DNA of 64,000 nt from an uncultured delta proteobacterium (GCA_963826785.1 CAWGYD010000001.1:416001-480000), one strand, 5' to 3'; counted from the stretch's first letter, positions 39,971 to 50,454 are shown. Notes: generated from the letters alone by a model not told the origin. Program-made: numbers and translations.

Positions 39971-40263
39971 CGGCGGCCGTTACGATTCGAAAGTTCCTTT
40001 CTGTAAAAACACCGCGCAGCGGGGTGATCGCCTTTTACGGCTCCATTAATTTCCGCATTAAAAAATACCATCGATGCCCGGTTTTAAATTCCAGCCATAA
40101 TTGCAGATTCTATTTTGAATGATGGGTAAGTGAAATTCATGAAGACCGATTTTTTGCCGGCTTCAGGGTGAAGCATTATCTTTATTAACGCTTAACGGAC
40201 CTCGTCACCGGAACCAATGTCCGGTGTTCAATACGAAACATATATACAGAAGGACCCTCACGG

Positions 40264-40551
40264 ATGGCGGCAAATTTCAGGATTTCACAAAACAGACGCA
40301 GCAATACGCTTTATCTGAAGCTGTCGGGTGATTTTGACGGCACTTCGGCGCTTGAGCTCATCCATGTACTCATGAACTGCCCTTCCGATATCGGTAAGAT
40401 CTATATCGACACCTGCGGCCTGACATCGCTTCAGTCATTCGGACAGAATGTATTTCTAAAAAATTGCGCGGTTTCCAGAAATATGTTCAATAAAATGATA
40501 TTTACCGGAAATTACGGGCGCCAGATCGCCCCGAGCGGCACGATTCACTGA
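40264..40551 (+). CDS. Small STAS-like (anti-anti-sigma-type) protein
   Basis: LYLKLSGDFDGTSA, IYIDTCGL..L.SFG. SD AAGGA. Confidence 0.7.
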   Translation: MAANFRISQNRRSNTLYLKLSGDFDGTSALELIHVLMNCPSDIGKIYIDTCGLTSLQSFGQNVFLKNCAVSRNMFNKMIFTGNYGRQIAPSGTIH

Positions 40552-40619
40552 TTTTTTCATTAGAAGCTCCCGCCCCGCTGCGCGTGTTTTGGCGGTAAGG
40601 CGCTTTCGAATCGCCACCC

Positions 40620-40824
40620 CCGGTACACCCCCCTTTAATTCCCCCCTTAATGGGGGATTAGGCCTTGAAATTACGATTAAATTCCCCTTTCAAGGGCATT
40701 CAAGGGGGGTAAGGCTTGAAGCATTATGAACTTCCCACCCTCAATTGGGGATTAGATCCTCGAAATCGCGATTAAATTCCCCCCTTGAGGGGGGTCAGGG
40801 GGGTGTTGGAGCGGTAGCGAAATC
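40620..40824 (-). repeat. ~200-bp palindromic element, copy B (inverted relative to copy A)
   Basis: Its reverse complement aligns end to end with 39780-39970, with scattered substitutions and a short internal insertion. Confidence 0.85.
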
Positions 40825-41061
40825 AAAAGATAAACGGGTGAAAAACGTGTTGCCAAATTTAAGTTGCTTGAAAGGGAGACCTCCCTTTTTCCGTAGGTCT
40901 GCGTCTTGCTGTTTTTCCTGATCCGGGATTCAAAACCGATTTACGCGTTATCTGCGCTCATGATCTTATTGCCTGCCTGTCGGCTGCGCCCCCTCAGTAC
41001 GACATGCGGCAATAGTGCCTGGGTATTTTCTGCAGCTTAAGTTTTCCTTCAATTTTATCCT

Positions 41062-41087
41062 TTTACATCCTGTAAAAGAATTTGACA
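41062..41087 (+). promoter_or_regulatory. Candidate enhancer (UAS), copy 2
   Basis: TTTACA-TCC-TGTAAAA-GAAT-TTGACA. Confidence 0.7.
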
Positions 41088-41173
41088 GATTGTTGGGTGC
41101 CCAGCGCCCGCATCGGGCTTTGGGGTGTGCCGCAAAGAACATGAAAATGTGTGTTAAGGTGCCATTGCCGGTC

Positions 41174-41189
41174 TGGCATGTTTTATGCT
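41174..41189 (+). promoter_or_regulatory. Sigma-54 promoter
   Basis: TGGCATGTTTTATGCT (GG-N10-GC) upstream of the USP gene. Confidence 0.75.
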
Positions 41190-41250
41190 CAATCAACTTT
41201 GTTGAGGATGCATTCAAAACAAGGGTCAAACACAAAATCGGGGTGATCAG

Positions 41251-42177
41251 ATGAAAGATCAAAAAAAATTACTGGTACTGCTGGACGGCTCGGAACGCGC
41301 CATGAGAACCATTGAATACTTGCAGGCATTCACACCGCTGCACCATATGCGGATGGTACTTTTCCATGTGTTCACGGGGGTCCCGGAATCTTTCCTGGAC
41401 CTGGAAAACCAGGATTTTGCCAAAAAAGCCATGGCCGAGCTGACCGCCTGGGAAAAGACCAAAAAAGATGAAATCAATGCGTTCATGGATCAGGCGGTCG
41501 GGATGCTTGTCGAAGCCGGCATCCCGAAAGATCTGATCGAGGTGCGGATTCATCACCGGGAAGCCGGAATCGCCCGGGATATCCTGAAGGAAGCGGCCGC
41601 CGGGTATGACGCTCTGGTCCTTCGCCGCCGCGGCGCGGGCGCCCTGGAAGGCATTACCATCGGCAGCGTGGCGGAGAAGCTTCTGGGCAAAGTGTCGTTT
41701 CTGCCCATCATGGTGGCCGGCCAGAAGCCGCAGAAGAAGCGGATCCTCATCGCCGTGGACGGCTCGGATGCATCATTCAATGCCGTGTCGTTCACAGCCG
41801 ACCTGCTGGGCGGCCACGGGTATGTCGTGCGGCTGCTCAATGTGATCCGGGGGTTCGGGGGCATTATGTCCGAAACTTCCGATTTCATGATGCCCAATTC
41901 CAATTTCGAGGCCGCCCGCAGCGAAATGGAGATATTCTTCGAAAAGGCGAAAAAAAGGCTGGTGGAAGGCGGAATCGCACCGGAGGACATCTCCGAAAAG
42001 ATCATCACCGGCGTATACAGTCGGGCGGGGGCCATCGTCAAGGAGGCCGAAATCGGTGAATTCAGCACGATCGCAGTCGGTCGCAGGGGGTTGTCGAAGG
42101 TGCAGGAGTTTTACATGGGCCGCGTGAGCAACAAGGTCCTGCACGTGGGGCGCCGGCACACGGTATGGGTGATCTGA
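41251..42177 (+). CDS. Tandem-domain universal stress protein
   Basis: LLVLLDGSE...IGSVAEKL and ILIAVDGSD...GRRGLS..FYMGRVSNKV. Confidence 0.92.
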   Translation: MKDQKKLLVLLDGSERAMRTIEYLQAFTPLHHMRMVLFHVFTGVPESFLDLENQDFAKKAMAELTAWEKTKKDEINAFMDQAVGMLVEAGIPKDLIEVRIHHREAGIARDILKEAAAGYDALVLRRRGAGALEGITIGSVAEKLLGKVSFLPIMVAGQKPQKKRILIAVDGSDASFNAVSFTADLLGGHGYVVRLLNVIRGFGGIMSETSDFMMPNSNFEAARSEMEIFFEKAKKRLVEGGIAPEDISEKIITGVYSRAGAIVKEAEIGEFSTIAVGRRGLSKVQEFYMGRVSNKVLHVGRRHTVWVI

Positions 42178-42287
42178 GCGGGATACTGATTCTTGACGAT
42201 CAGGTTGAACGAAGAAACGGTATCAAGGGCATGTACGGAGTCCCCGAGAGTTGATTAAGAGCCAGATGACAGCACGATTGCCGAAAA

Positions 42288-43268
42288 GTGACCGCCCTGG
42301 TGCCGGAATCCGGCCCGGCGCTGAACAGCCATCCGGCCCGGAAATGGTTATTTACGCTTTTTTTTGAAAAGCCTGCCCTGCTGCCCCCGCCCGTTATCAT
42401 CGCCTGCTGCATCGGCCTGGCCCTGTTGATCGGGGGCGTGCGGCATCTCACCGGTCCGGAATATTCGCTGTCCCTGTTCTTTCTTTTCCCCATCATGCTT
42501 TCCACCTGGGTGGCGGGGCGGGGGACCGGGGTCCTTGTATCCGTCATCAGCATCGGTTCCTGGCTGCTGGCCGACCTCAGCCTGATGGCGCAATTTTCGC
42601 ATCCGGCGATCCCTTTCATCAACGAGACCTTCCGGCTGATCATGTTTCTGCTGGCGACCTGCCTGGTGTGGGAATTTAAAAACGCCCTGGAAAATCAGAA
42701 AAGCCTGGCCCGGACCGATCCGGTCACCGGCATTGGAAACCGTCTGGCGTTTGTCGAATTTGCCGAATTGGAGATCCGGCGTGCCCGCCGTTTTCGCAGC
42801 CCGCTTTCCCTGATCGTCATGGATGTGGATAATTTCAAGCAGGTCAACGACGTGTTCGGGCACCTGACCGGGGACAAGCTGCTGCGGGTGGCGGCGGATA
42901 CGATCGTGGGGAGCATCCGGTCCATCGACAAGGCGGCGCGGTTCGGCGGGGATGAATTCGGTGTGCTGCTGTCGGCGACCGACGTGCGGGGGGCGGGTTT
43001 CGTTTCCCGCAGAATGATGCGCCGGCTCAGGCAGCAGATGAACGCCAACGGGTGGCCGGCGACCTTCAGCATCGGTGTGGCCACTTTCGAACAGCCGTCC
43101 GGCGGCATCTATGACATGCTGCAAAAGGCCGATGCCCTGATGTATGCCGCCAAGCACCGGGGCAAAAACCGGATCATCCACAACCAGATCGTTCTGGAGC
43201 AGGACGGCATCATGGTGGAGCTGGAAGTGGCGTCTATGCCCTGCCCGGCGTGCGGAAATCGCACTTGA
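42288..43268 (+). CDS. Membrane-bound diguanylate cyclase
   Basis: N-terminal TM segments, TDPVTG.GNR, DVDNFK.VND.FGH..GD, I-site RSID, intact GGDEF, ADALMY.AK..GKN. Confidence 0.93.
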   Translation: MTALVPESGPALNSHPARKWLFTLFFEKPALLPPPVIIACCIGLALLIGGVRHLTGPEYSLSLFFLFPIMLSTWVAGRGTGVLVSVISIGSWLLADLSLMAQFSHPAIPFINETFRLIMFLLATCLVWEFKNALENQKSLARTDPVTGIGNRLAFVEFAELEIRRARRFRSPLSLIVMDVDNFKQVNDVFGHLTGDKLLRVAADTIVGSIRSIDKAARFGGDEFGVLLSATDVRGAGFVSRRMMRRLRQQMNANGWPATFSIGVATFEQPSGGIYDMLQKADALMYAAKHRGKNRIIHNQIVLEQDGIMVELEVASMPCPACGNRT

Positions 43269-43280
43269 GCAGCAGGGCGT

Positions 43281-45590
43281 CTATGGAGCGGAACGGATTT
43301 TCCGGGTTATCGCCATTGCCTGGCCCAGGGCGATTCCGCCGTCATTGGGGGGGATGCGCTGATGCCAGCAGGGAGAAAACCCTTCCCCGCTCAGGCGTGC
43401 AATCGTTTTTTCAGTGAGATGGCGGTTCTGGAAGCATCCGCCGCTGATGACCACCCGCTTACGCCCGGCGCGGCGGGCGAGGCGTACGATGGCTTCCACC
43501 AGAAAGTTGTGGAAGCGGGCTGATATGAGGGAAAGATCGGCTCCGGCCGCAAGATCTTCTAAAATGGCGCTTATCATGGGCGCCCAGTCAACGACTATGG
43601 GCATGTTCTTTTCCGTCAGGATGTCCATCGGATACGATTCGCTGGTGTCCGTCCCGTGGGCAAGAAACTCCAGCGCCATGGCGGCTTGTCCCTCAAACCG
43701 GCTCACCCGGGCCACATCCAGGATGGCGGCGACCGCATCGAACAGCCTCCCCGCACTGGAGGTCCGAAACAGGTTGAGCTTCTTTTCAAATGCCGATTTT
43801 ACAAGGTACCGCTCACTTTCGGTAAACGCCCGCACCGGCGCCAGGTCCATTCTGGCGAAAAGTCCTTCTCCCATCATCTCGTAGAGCAGCCCCATCGCGC
43901 TGCGGCGGGGCTCCCGGATGGCCGCATCCCCGCCGAGGAGGGGAAAGGTCCGGAAATGGGCCAGCCGCTCATACGCGCACCGGTTGATATCCAGAAACTC
44001 CCCGCCCCAGATGGTTTGATCCGGACCGTACCCGGTGCCGTCGAAAGCGACGCCCAGCGCCGGGGGCTCGATCTGGTTTTCCGCCATGCAGGAAAGGATA
44101 TGGGCGTAGTGGTGCTGCACCGGCACCACGGTCAGCCCGGATTGCCGGGCAAACCGGGTGGAGGCGTAATCCGGGTGAAGATCGCAGGCCATGATTTTCG
44201 GCGATTGATCATAGAGCCGTTTGAAATCGGAAATCACCGACTCAAAGGCCCCAAGGGCGGCCGGGGTTTCCAGATCGCCGATGTGCTGGCTGACAAATAC
44301 CCGGTTCCCCACCGGCATGGCCACGGTATTTTTCAGGTGTGCGCCGACGGCAATGGAGGGGGGCAGCGGGTCTTTCACATAAACGGGAAGGGGAGCGTAT
44401 CCACGGGCCCTCCGGAGCACCTGCTCGCGCCCCGCCCGGATGCAGGCGATGGAATCGTCAACATGCCGCAGGATGGGGCGGTCATGGACCAGGAACCGGT
44501 CGGCAATTTTTGAAAGCCGCTGCAGCGCCCGGTGTTCGTCGATGCAGATGGGCTCCTCGGAGCGGTTGCCGCTGGTGGCCACCACCGGGGTGCCGAGTTC
44601 GGCCATGAGCAGGTGGTGAAGGGGGGAGTAGGGGAGCATGATGCCGAAATACGGATTGTCCGGAGCCACGGCCTCTGCAATGGGCAGCGTTGCTTGACGA
44701 TGTTTTTCAAGAATCACGATGGGGGATTCGCCGGACCTGAGCAGCCGTTTTTCCGCATCGCCGACCCTGCACAGCCGTTCGGCCCAGGCCATGGACGGAA
44801 TCATCATGGCCAGTGGTTTTTCTTCCCGGTGCTTGCGCGTTCTCAGCCGCCGGACCGCGGATTCATTGCCCGCATCGGCCATCAAATGAAACCCGCCGAT
44901 CCCTTTGACCGCAACGATGAGGCCATCTTCGATGAACCGGGCCGCCATGAGAAGCGCTTCATGGTCCCGGGCCAGGGGCGCGCCGAGTTCATCCCAGAGT
45001 TCCAGGCGAGGACCGCATACCGGGCAGGCATTGGGCTGGGCATGGAACCGGCGGTCGGCCGGGTTGTCATATTCCGTCCTGCACTGTTCGCACATGGCAA
45101 ATCCGGCCATGGAGGTGTGGGGCCGATCATAGGGGAGTTCGTCCACGATGGTGAACCGGGGGCCGCAATGGGTGCAATTGGTGAAGGGATAGCGGTAGCG
45201 CCGGTCGGACGGGTCGAAGATTTCTCTGACGCAGTCCGGGCAGGTGGCGATATCGGGCAGGATCAGGGCGGTCTTGTCCCCGGCGGCATCGCTTTTCCGG
45301 ATGGTAAAACCGGTATAGCCCACCGGGTCCAGAAAAGAGGATTCCAGGGACTGGATATAGGCGTGCGGCGGTTTTCGGGCCTCGATGGCAAGCAGAAAGG
45401 CATCTAAATCCGCCGGGATTCCTTCGGCCTCGATGAAGACCCCCTGGTTGGAGTTGTTCACCCAGCCGGAAAGCGAAAACGATGCGGCCAGGTTGTAGAT
45501 GAACGGCCGGAACCCCACTCCCTGGACGGCGCCCTGGATGACGATCCTCAGGCGCCGGAGGGGTTTGGGACAATGTGTGGTGTTTTCCAT
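43281..45590 (-). CDS. hypF: Carbamoyltransferase HypF
   Basis: GAVQGVGFRPF (acylphosphatase), two CxxC zinc-finger pairs, RRFHAQP, KGIGGFHL, QHHYAH, DGTGYG, PPNDGGIALGQ. Confidence 0.97.
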   Translation of the reverse strand: MENTTHCPKPLRRLRIVIQGAVQGVGFRPFIYNLAASFSLSGWVNNSNQGVFIEAEGIPADLDAFLLAIEARKPPHAYIQSLESSFLDPVGYTGFTIRKSDAAGDKTALILPDIATCPDCVREIFDPSDRRYRYPFTNCTHCGPRFTIVDELPYDRPHTSMAGFAMCEQCRTEYDNPADRRFHAQPNACPVCGPRLELWDELGAPLARDHEALLMAARFIEDGLIVAVKGIGGFHLMADAGNESAVRRLRTRKHREEKPLAMMIPSMAWAERLCRVGDAEKRLLRSGESPIVILEKHRQATLPIAEAVAPDNPYFGIMLPYSPLHHLLMAELGTPVVATSGNRSEEPICIDEHRALQRLSKIADRFLVHDRPILRHVDDSIACIRAGREQVLRRARGYAPLPVYVKDPLPPSIAVGAHLKNTVAMPVGNRVFVSQHIGDLETPAALGAFESVISDFKRLYDQSPKIMACDLHPDYASTRFARQSGLTVVPVQHHYAHILSCMAENQIEPPALGVAFDGTGYGPDQTIWGGEFLDINRCAYERLAHFRTFPLLGGDAAIREPRRSAMGLLYEMMGEGLFARMDLAPVRAFTESERYLVKSAFEKKLNLFRTSSAGRLFDAVAAILDVARVSRFEGQAAMALEFLAHGTDTSESYPMDILTEKNMPIVVDWAPMISAILEDLAAGADLSLISARFHNFLVEAIVRLARRAGRKRVVISGGCFQNRHLTEKTIARLSGEGFSPCWHQRIPPNDGGIALGQAMAITRKIRSAP

Positions 45591-46041
45591 TTCGGTATAT
45601 CGCCTGTCACGCGCAGAGGCAGGGACATATTGTCGTCTATGCCATGCGCCTTCGTAACATAAAGCCACAAATTAAGCACAAAGATCCTGCAGGTCAATGA
45701 AAACCACAAGGGCTGGCGGGGCACGGCTGAAATCTCAAGTGCCGGCAAATGCCCAGGGTTACGGTTCCATTTTTCCAAAAGGATCGTGAAAACCGGCATC
45801 GCGCAAATGATCATCTGCTGATCTGTGCGGTTCTTCCCGGCATGAAAAGAAGTTTGCCATTCTGTAAAAAAGGCCGCGCCTCCTGATTGCCGTATGGCCG
45901 GCATCCGGCACGACCACGACCTGACAGGGACTGGAACGGCAGAAGGCTCCTGAAAACAACCATCTGATTTCATTTAAATTTGACAGAGGGCAATCCCCGG
46001 CAGCTGCAAGAACGGAAACCGGATAGCGGGCCAGATTTTGC

Positions 46042-46057
46042 TGGCATACATGTTGCT
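46042..46057 (+). promoter_or_regulatory. Sigma-54 promoter
   Basis: TGGCATACATGTTGCT, about 65 bp before ATG 46122. Confidence 0.8.
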
Positions 46058-46121
46058 ATATTCCACACTGTACAGATTGGTATTGCCGAATACGAACTGA
46101 ATAAAGCTTTGAAGGAAACGG

Positions 46122-48833
46122 ATGAGCGTATTTAACCTGGAGAAAATGCTGGCGCCCCAATCCGTGGCGGTTGTCGGTGCCAGTGAAAAGCCGGAAAGTG
46201 TGGGCACCGCCGTGATGAACAACCTGATCACCGGCGGTTTCACGGGGCAGATTTATCCCGTCAACCCGAATTACCGGCAGATCCTGGGGCATCCGGCGTT
46301 TTATTCCGTAGACGATCTGCCGTGCATTGACCTGGTGGTCCTGGCGACGCCCATCCATACCGCCCCGGAAATCGTCCGGAAATGCGCGGAAAAAGGGTGC
46401 GGCGGCGCGGTGATTTTGTCTGCGGGAGGGAAAGAGACCGGCTCCAAGGGCGCTGCCATCGAGGCGCAGATCCATGAAACGGTGTGCGGCGGCGGATTTC
46501 GGGTCATCGGGCCCAATTGCCTGGGGGTCATATCGACCCGATCAAACCTGAATGCCAGTTTCGCCCGATGCATGCCTGCTCGGGGGAAGATGGCCTTCAT
46601 CTCGCAGAGCGGCGCCATCTGCACAGCCATTCTGGATTTTGCGGTCAAAGAGAATATCGGCTTCAGCTATTTCATCAGCCTGGGCTCCATGCTGGACGCT
46701 GATTTCGGGGACATGATCGATTACCTCGGCAACGATGCCGGCGTGAGCGGTATTGTGATGTATGTCGAAGGCCTTTCCCGGATCCGCAATTTCATGAGCG
46801 CGGCCCGGGCGGTTTCCCGGGTCAAGCCGATCATCGCCTTGAAGGCCGGCCGCACGGCGGCCGGTGCTGCTGCCGCGGCTTCACATACCGGTGCCCTGGC
46901 CGGGGAAGACGCCATTTACGATGCGGCGTTCAAGCGCGCCGGAATCATCCGGGTCAAAACGTTTGCCGAACTCTTTGATTGTGCGGAGTTTATCGGCAAA
47001 CAGCCCCGGCCCCGGGGAAACGGGCTTGCGATTGTCACCAATGCCGGCGGCCCGGGGGTTATGGCGGCAGATGCGCTCCATGACTACGGGATTGCGCCGG
47101 TGAACCTGTCCCCGGAAACGCTGGACCAGCTGGATGCCGTGCTGCCCGGCCACTGGAGCCGGGGAAACCCGGTGGACATCCTGGGAGACGCTTCGGCGGA
47201 GCGCTACCGGGACACAGTGGAAATCCTGATGCGTGCCCGGGAGGTGGACGGGCTGCTCGTGATGCTCGCCCCCCAGGCCATGACGAACCCGACACAGGTG
47301 GCGCAAACACTGGTCGCCCAACTGCGGGAAAAACCATTTCCGGTATTCACCAGCTGGCTGGGCGGAAAGGATGTGGAAGCGGGCCGGGGGATTTTCAACC
47401 AGGCCGGGATTCCGACCTTCGACTCGCCGGAACGGGCCGTCCGGGCATTCACCGACCTTTATCAGTACACCTGCAACCTGGAAACGCTCCAGCAGATCCC
47501 CGGCAGACTGCCCGACCCGGTTGAACCGGATCATAACACGGTCCGCAGCCTCATTGATGCCGGGCTGTTGCGTCCCGGCGGGCTTTTGTCTGAAATTGAA
47601 GCCAAGCAGCTGATGGCCGCATACGGCATACCCGTCAACGCCACCGAACCGGCCGGCAGTGCCGATCAGGCGGTGCAGATCGCCGAAAGGATCGGTTATC
47701 CGGTGGCAATGAAAGTCAATTCCACCCTCATCGTCCACAAGAGTGATGTCGGCGGGGTCGTGCTCGGCATCCGGGATGCCGGCGAGGTCCGAAAGGCGTT
47801 CGATGATATCAAGACCCGGGTGGAGGCCAGGTTCCCCGGGGCCTTTGAAGGGGTCAGCGTTCAGGAAATGATTCCCGGGGGAGATTATGAACTGATTGCC
47901 GGGGCCAAAAAAGACCGGGACTTCGGGCCGGTTCTGATGTTCGGGACCGGCGGAATTTTAACGGAGGTTTTCAAAGACCGCTCCCTGGCGCTTCCTCCCA
48001 TAAACCGGATACTGGCCCGGCAAATGATCGAAGAAACCCGCATTTACCGGGTGTTGAATGGATACCGGAATCATCGTGCCCTGGATATGCTGCGGCTGGA
48101 GACGCTGCTGATCCGCCTGTCCCGGATGGTCGCGGACTTTTCAGAGATCACCGAGATCGATCTGAATCCACTGCGGGTCCAGCAGGGGCTCGTGGTTGCG
48201 GTGGACGCCCGGGTAATCGTCGGCCCGGCATCGGTGGCCGCTCCGCTGCATCTGGTGATCAGCCCTTATCCACGCCAGTATGAGAGGGAATGCGCCATCG
48301 ACGGTGTGGGCATGGTGCTTATCCGCCCGATTCAGCCGGAAGACGCCCCGCTGCTGGAAGATCTGTTCGCAGCCCTGTCCCCCCGGAGCATCTACTACCG
48401 GTTTTTCGGTCCCATGAAGCGTCTGCCAAAAGAGATGCTGGCCCGGTTCACCCAGATCGATTACGACCGGGAAATTGCCATGGTGGCCATCGCACGTGGC
48501 GACGGAAATGAAAAAATGCTTGGCGTGGGCCGGATCATTGCGCAAAACGTCCCGAAAGAGGCGGAATTTTCCGTCGTGGTCGCCGACTCGTACCATGGAA
48601 AAGGCGTCGGGGCCGCCCTGTTGAAAAGCTGCCTGTCTATTGCCCGGGGCAGGGAGATTGAAAATATCCGGGGGCGGGTGCTGCCGGGAAATACGGGGAT
48701 GCTGGCACTGGGGCGCAAACTGGGGTTTTCTGTCCGACTCGATCCCGTGTCAAAGGAATATGAACTGGCCCTTGATCTGAGCAGCACCGGGCAAGGGCAG
48801 AATCGAACAAAAGTTTATCAGTATCATCCATAA
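46122..48833 (+). CDS. Pat/YfiQ-like protein: NDP-forming acyl-CoA synthetase domains plus C-terminal GNAT
   Basis: P.SVAVVGAS, GPNCLG, SQSGA, SHTGALAG, TNAGG, NPVD, HKSDVGGV, FGP..MFG.GG, RF..IDYDRE, GKGVG. Confidence 0.93.
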   Translation: MSVFNLEKMLAPQSVAVVGASEKPESVGTAVMNNLITGGFTGQIYPVNPNYRQILGHPAFYSVDDLPCIDLVVLATPIHTAPEIVRKCAEKGCGGAVILSAGGKETGSKGAAIEAQIHETVCGGGFRVIGPNCLGVISTRSNLNASFARCMPARGKMAFISQSGAICTAILDFAVKENIGFSYFISLGSMLDADFGDMIDYLGNDAGVSGIVMYVEGLSRIRNFMSAARAVSRVKPIIALKAGRTAAGAAAAASHTGALAGEDAIYDAAFKRAGIIRVKTFAELFDCAEFIGKQPRPRGNGLAIVTNAGGPGVMAADALHDYGIAPVNLSPETLDQLDAVLPGHWSRGNPVDILGDASAERYRDTVEILMRAREVDGLLVMLAPQAMTNPTQVAQTLVAQLREKPFPVFTSWLGGKDVEAGRGIFNQAGIPTFDSPERAVRAFTDLYQYTCNLETLQQIPGRLPDPVEPDHNTVRSLIDAGLLRPGGLLSEIEAKQLMAAYGIPVNATEPAGSADQAVQIAERIGYPVAMKVNSTLIVHKSDVGGVVLGIRDAGEVRKAFDDIKTRVEARFPGAFEGVSVQEMIPGGDYELIAGAKKDRDFGPVLMFGTGGILTEVFKDRSLALPPINRILARQMIEETRIYRVLNGYRNHRALDMLRLETLLIRLSRMVADFSEITEIDLNPLRVQQGLVVAVDARVIVGPASVAAPLHLVISPYPRQYERECAIDGVGMVLIRPIQPEDAPLLEDLFAALSPRSIYYRFFGPMKRLPKEMLARFTQIDYDREIAMVAIARGDGNEKMLGVGRIIAQNVPKEAEFSVVVADSYHGKGVGAALLKSCLSIARGREIENIRGRVLPGNTGMLALGRKLGFSVRLDPVSKEYELALDLSSTGQGQNRTKVYQYHP

Positions 48834-48947
48834 AGGACCAATTCCGTAAGATACTCGTTAGTGGCCGAACCCAACCCGGATGATTGGACAAATAGACGGC
48901 TTGGGTCCAGTCAATGGTTAACCACTCATTTACAAGGAGGCAGCAGA

Positions 48948-49685
48948 ATGACCACCCATCATCCAAAACGATATATTCCCGGCACCTATGTCAACAGGAT
49001 CCCGAGCGGCAGTCCGAAGGCCGAGCAGGCGATTTATGAATGGGAGCAGAAGCGGTTGAAGGCCATCAAGGAAAAAGCCGCTCCTCCCCGGGTGACTCAC
49101 TGCATCGCCTTTTCCCGGAAAATCGGAGTGGGCGCCCTCGAGATCGCCGACCAGGTATCCAAGAAGCTCAACATGCGGGTCGTGGATCGTGAAATCCTGG
49201 AACAGATTGCCAGCAACAACAAGCTGGGTGAAAAGACCGTCGATTCATTCGACGAACGATATCCAGGGATCATGCAGGAATTCTCCTCGCTGCTGTTCGG
49301 GGAGAAATCATTTACCCTGGGAGATTACCTCCGGTATCTCACCGGGGCCGCATATGCTCTTGCGGATGCGGAGCCGACCCTCTTCGTCGGCCGGGCCGCG
49401 CACCTGATCCTGCCGCGGGACAGGGTGCTGGCGGTTCGATTCATTGCATCCCGGAGTTTTCGGGCCCGTCGGATTGCAAAGATCATGGATGTGGAAGCGT
49501 CGATCGCGGAAAAGGAAATCGACCGGGTTGATAAAGAGCAGCAGGATTTTTTCCGGAAAAATTTCGGGAAAAAAGACGCTTCTCCCTATGAATTCGATAT
49601 GGTGATCAACCGGGATTATCTTGAAGATGTGGAACTGGCCGCAGAAATTGTGGCCCGGGCCTACCAGGGCAAGTTCCAGAAGTAG
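48948..49685 (+). CDS. Cytidylate-kinase-like family protein
   Basis: IAFSRKIGVG, DREIL, FVGR, PYEFDMVIN. SD AAGGAGG. Confidence 0.85.
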   Translation: MTTHHPKRYIPGTYVNRIPSGSPKAEQAIYEWEQKRLKAIKEKAAPPRVTHCIAFSRKIGVGALEIADQVSKKLNMRVVDREILEQIASNNKLGEKTVDSFDERYPGIMQEFSSLLFGEKSFTLGDYLRYLTGAAYALADAEPTLFVGRAAHLILPRDRVLAVRFIASRSFRARRIAKIMDVEASIAEKEIDRVDKEQQDFFRKNFGKKDASPYEFDMVINRDYLEDVELAAEIVARAYQGKFQK

Positions 49686-49800
49686 GGCGGCGGCAGATTC
49701 CAAAACGCCCATGGCCGGGCGACCAGGCACAGGTCGCCCGGCTGCGGCAGGTCAAAATTTTCCGGCACGGGCCGAAACCTCAGAAACAGCCGGCCAAACC

Positions 49801-50454
49801 TCACCTGAGCTTCAGCCCCGCCAGCTTGACGGCTCCCCGGTGGTAGCCGTCCGGAAAGAGCTTCTCGAGTTCATCGAGCTCAAGTTTCAAATTTTCGCAG
49901 GTTTCATAAACGGTGGGGATTTCACCGAATTTTTCGAAGTTCTCCCGTAAAAAGTTCAGCACTGTAAAGTGCTCGCGGGTAAGTCCGCCGGGAATCTTCA
50001 TCTCGTGGGCTTTGTACACGGCATATGCTTCATCCCACTCACCGGCGTCCATGAGAAATCCCCGCACATCCACCCGGTATTCCTTTTCCATCACCCCGAG
50101 ATGCAGATCCAGGTTGATGTCAAAAAATTCCCCCTGGCGGACGAATCCTTCCCGGTAGGTGACGCCGGACAGGAGGCAGGCGCCCCTCAGATATCCGGTG
50201 GGAAACAGTCTTTTGAGCACCCGGCGGTGAAGGGCCGTGCCTTTGGCGGTTTCAAAAACAGTGGGGCACCGGCCGGTTTTCTGAAACGTATCCCGGATAA
50301 AGTTGATCACTTCCCAGTGTTCTATGGTCAGTCCGCCGGCAATGCCCAGCTTTTTGGCCATGGTTTCAGCGAAATTTTCATCCCACTGGTGAAAGTCTTT
50401 CAAAAAACCCAGATGGTCGATTTCGTATGTCATTCCAATCGGATGCATGGTCAT
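49801..50454 (-). CDS. Tandem TusE/DsrC/DsvC-like protein (two domains)
   Basis: The pattern D..GFL....W.E..A...LT.EH..V.NF.R..F...P...LFP.GY.RGA occurs twice. Confidence 0.88.
   Translation of the reverse strand: MTMHPIGMTYEIDHLGFLKDFHQWDENFAETMAKKLGIAGGLTIEHWEVINFIRDTFQKTGRCPTVFETAKGTALHRRVLKRLFPTGYLRGACLLSGVTYREGFVRQGEFFDINLDLHLGVMEKEYRVDVRGFLMDAGEWDEAYAVYKAHEMKIPGGLTREHFTVLNFLRENFEKFGEIPTVYETCENLKLELDELEKLFPDGYHRGAVKLAGLKLR

Noticed and set aside
39780..40824. CRISPR array
   Set aside because: The units are nested palindromes in two inverted blocks, not identical direct repeats with unique spacers. No cas genes are present.
49713..49743. Hairpin GGCCGGGCGACC-N7-GGTCGCCCGGCT as an ncRNA
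   Set aside because: It is a simple stem between convergent genes and is adequately explained as a transcript-end structure.
49801..50454. Bona fide dsrC
   Set aside because: It lacks the C-terminal Cys-x10-Cys arm and has a duplicated domain.
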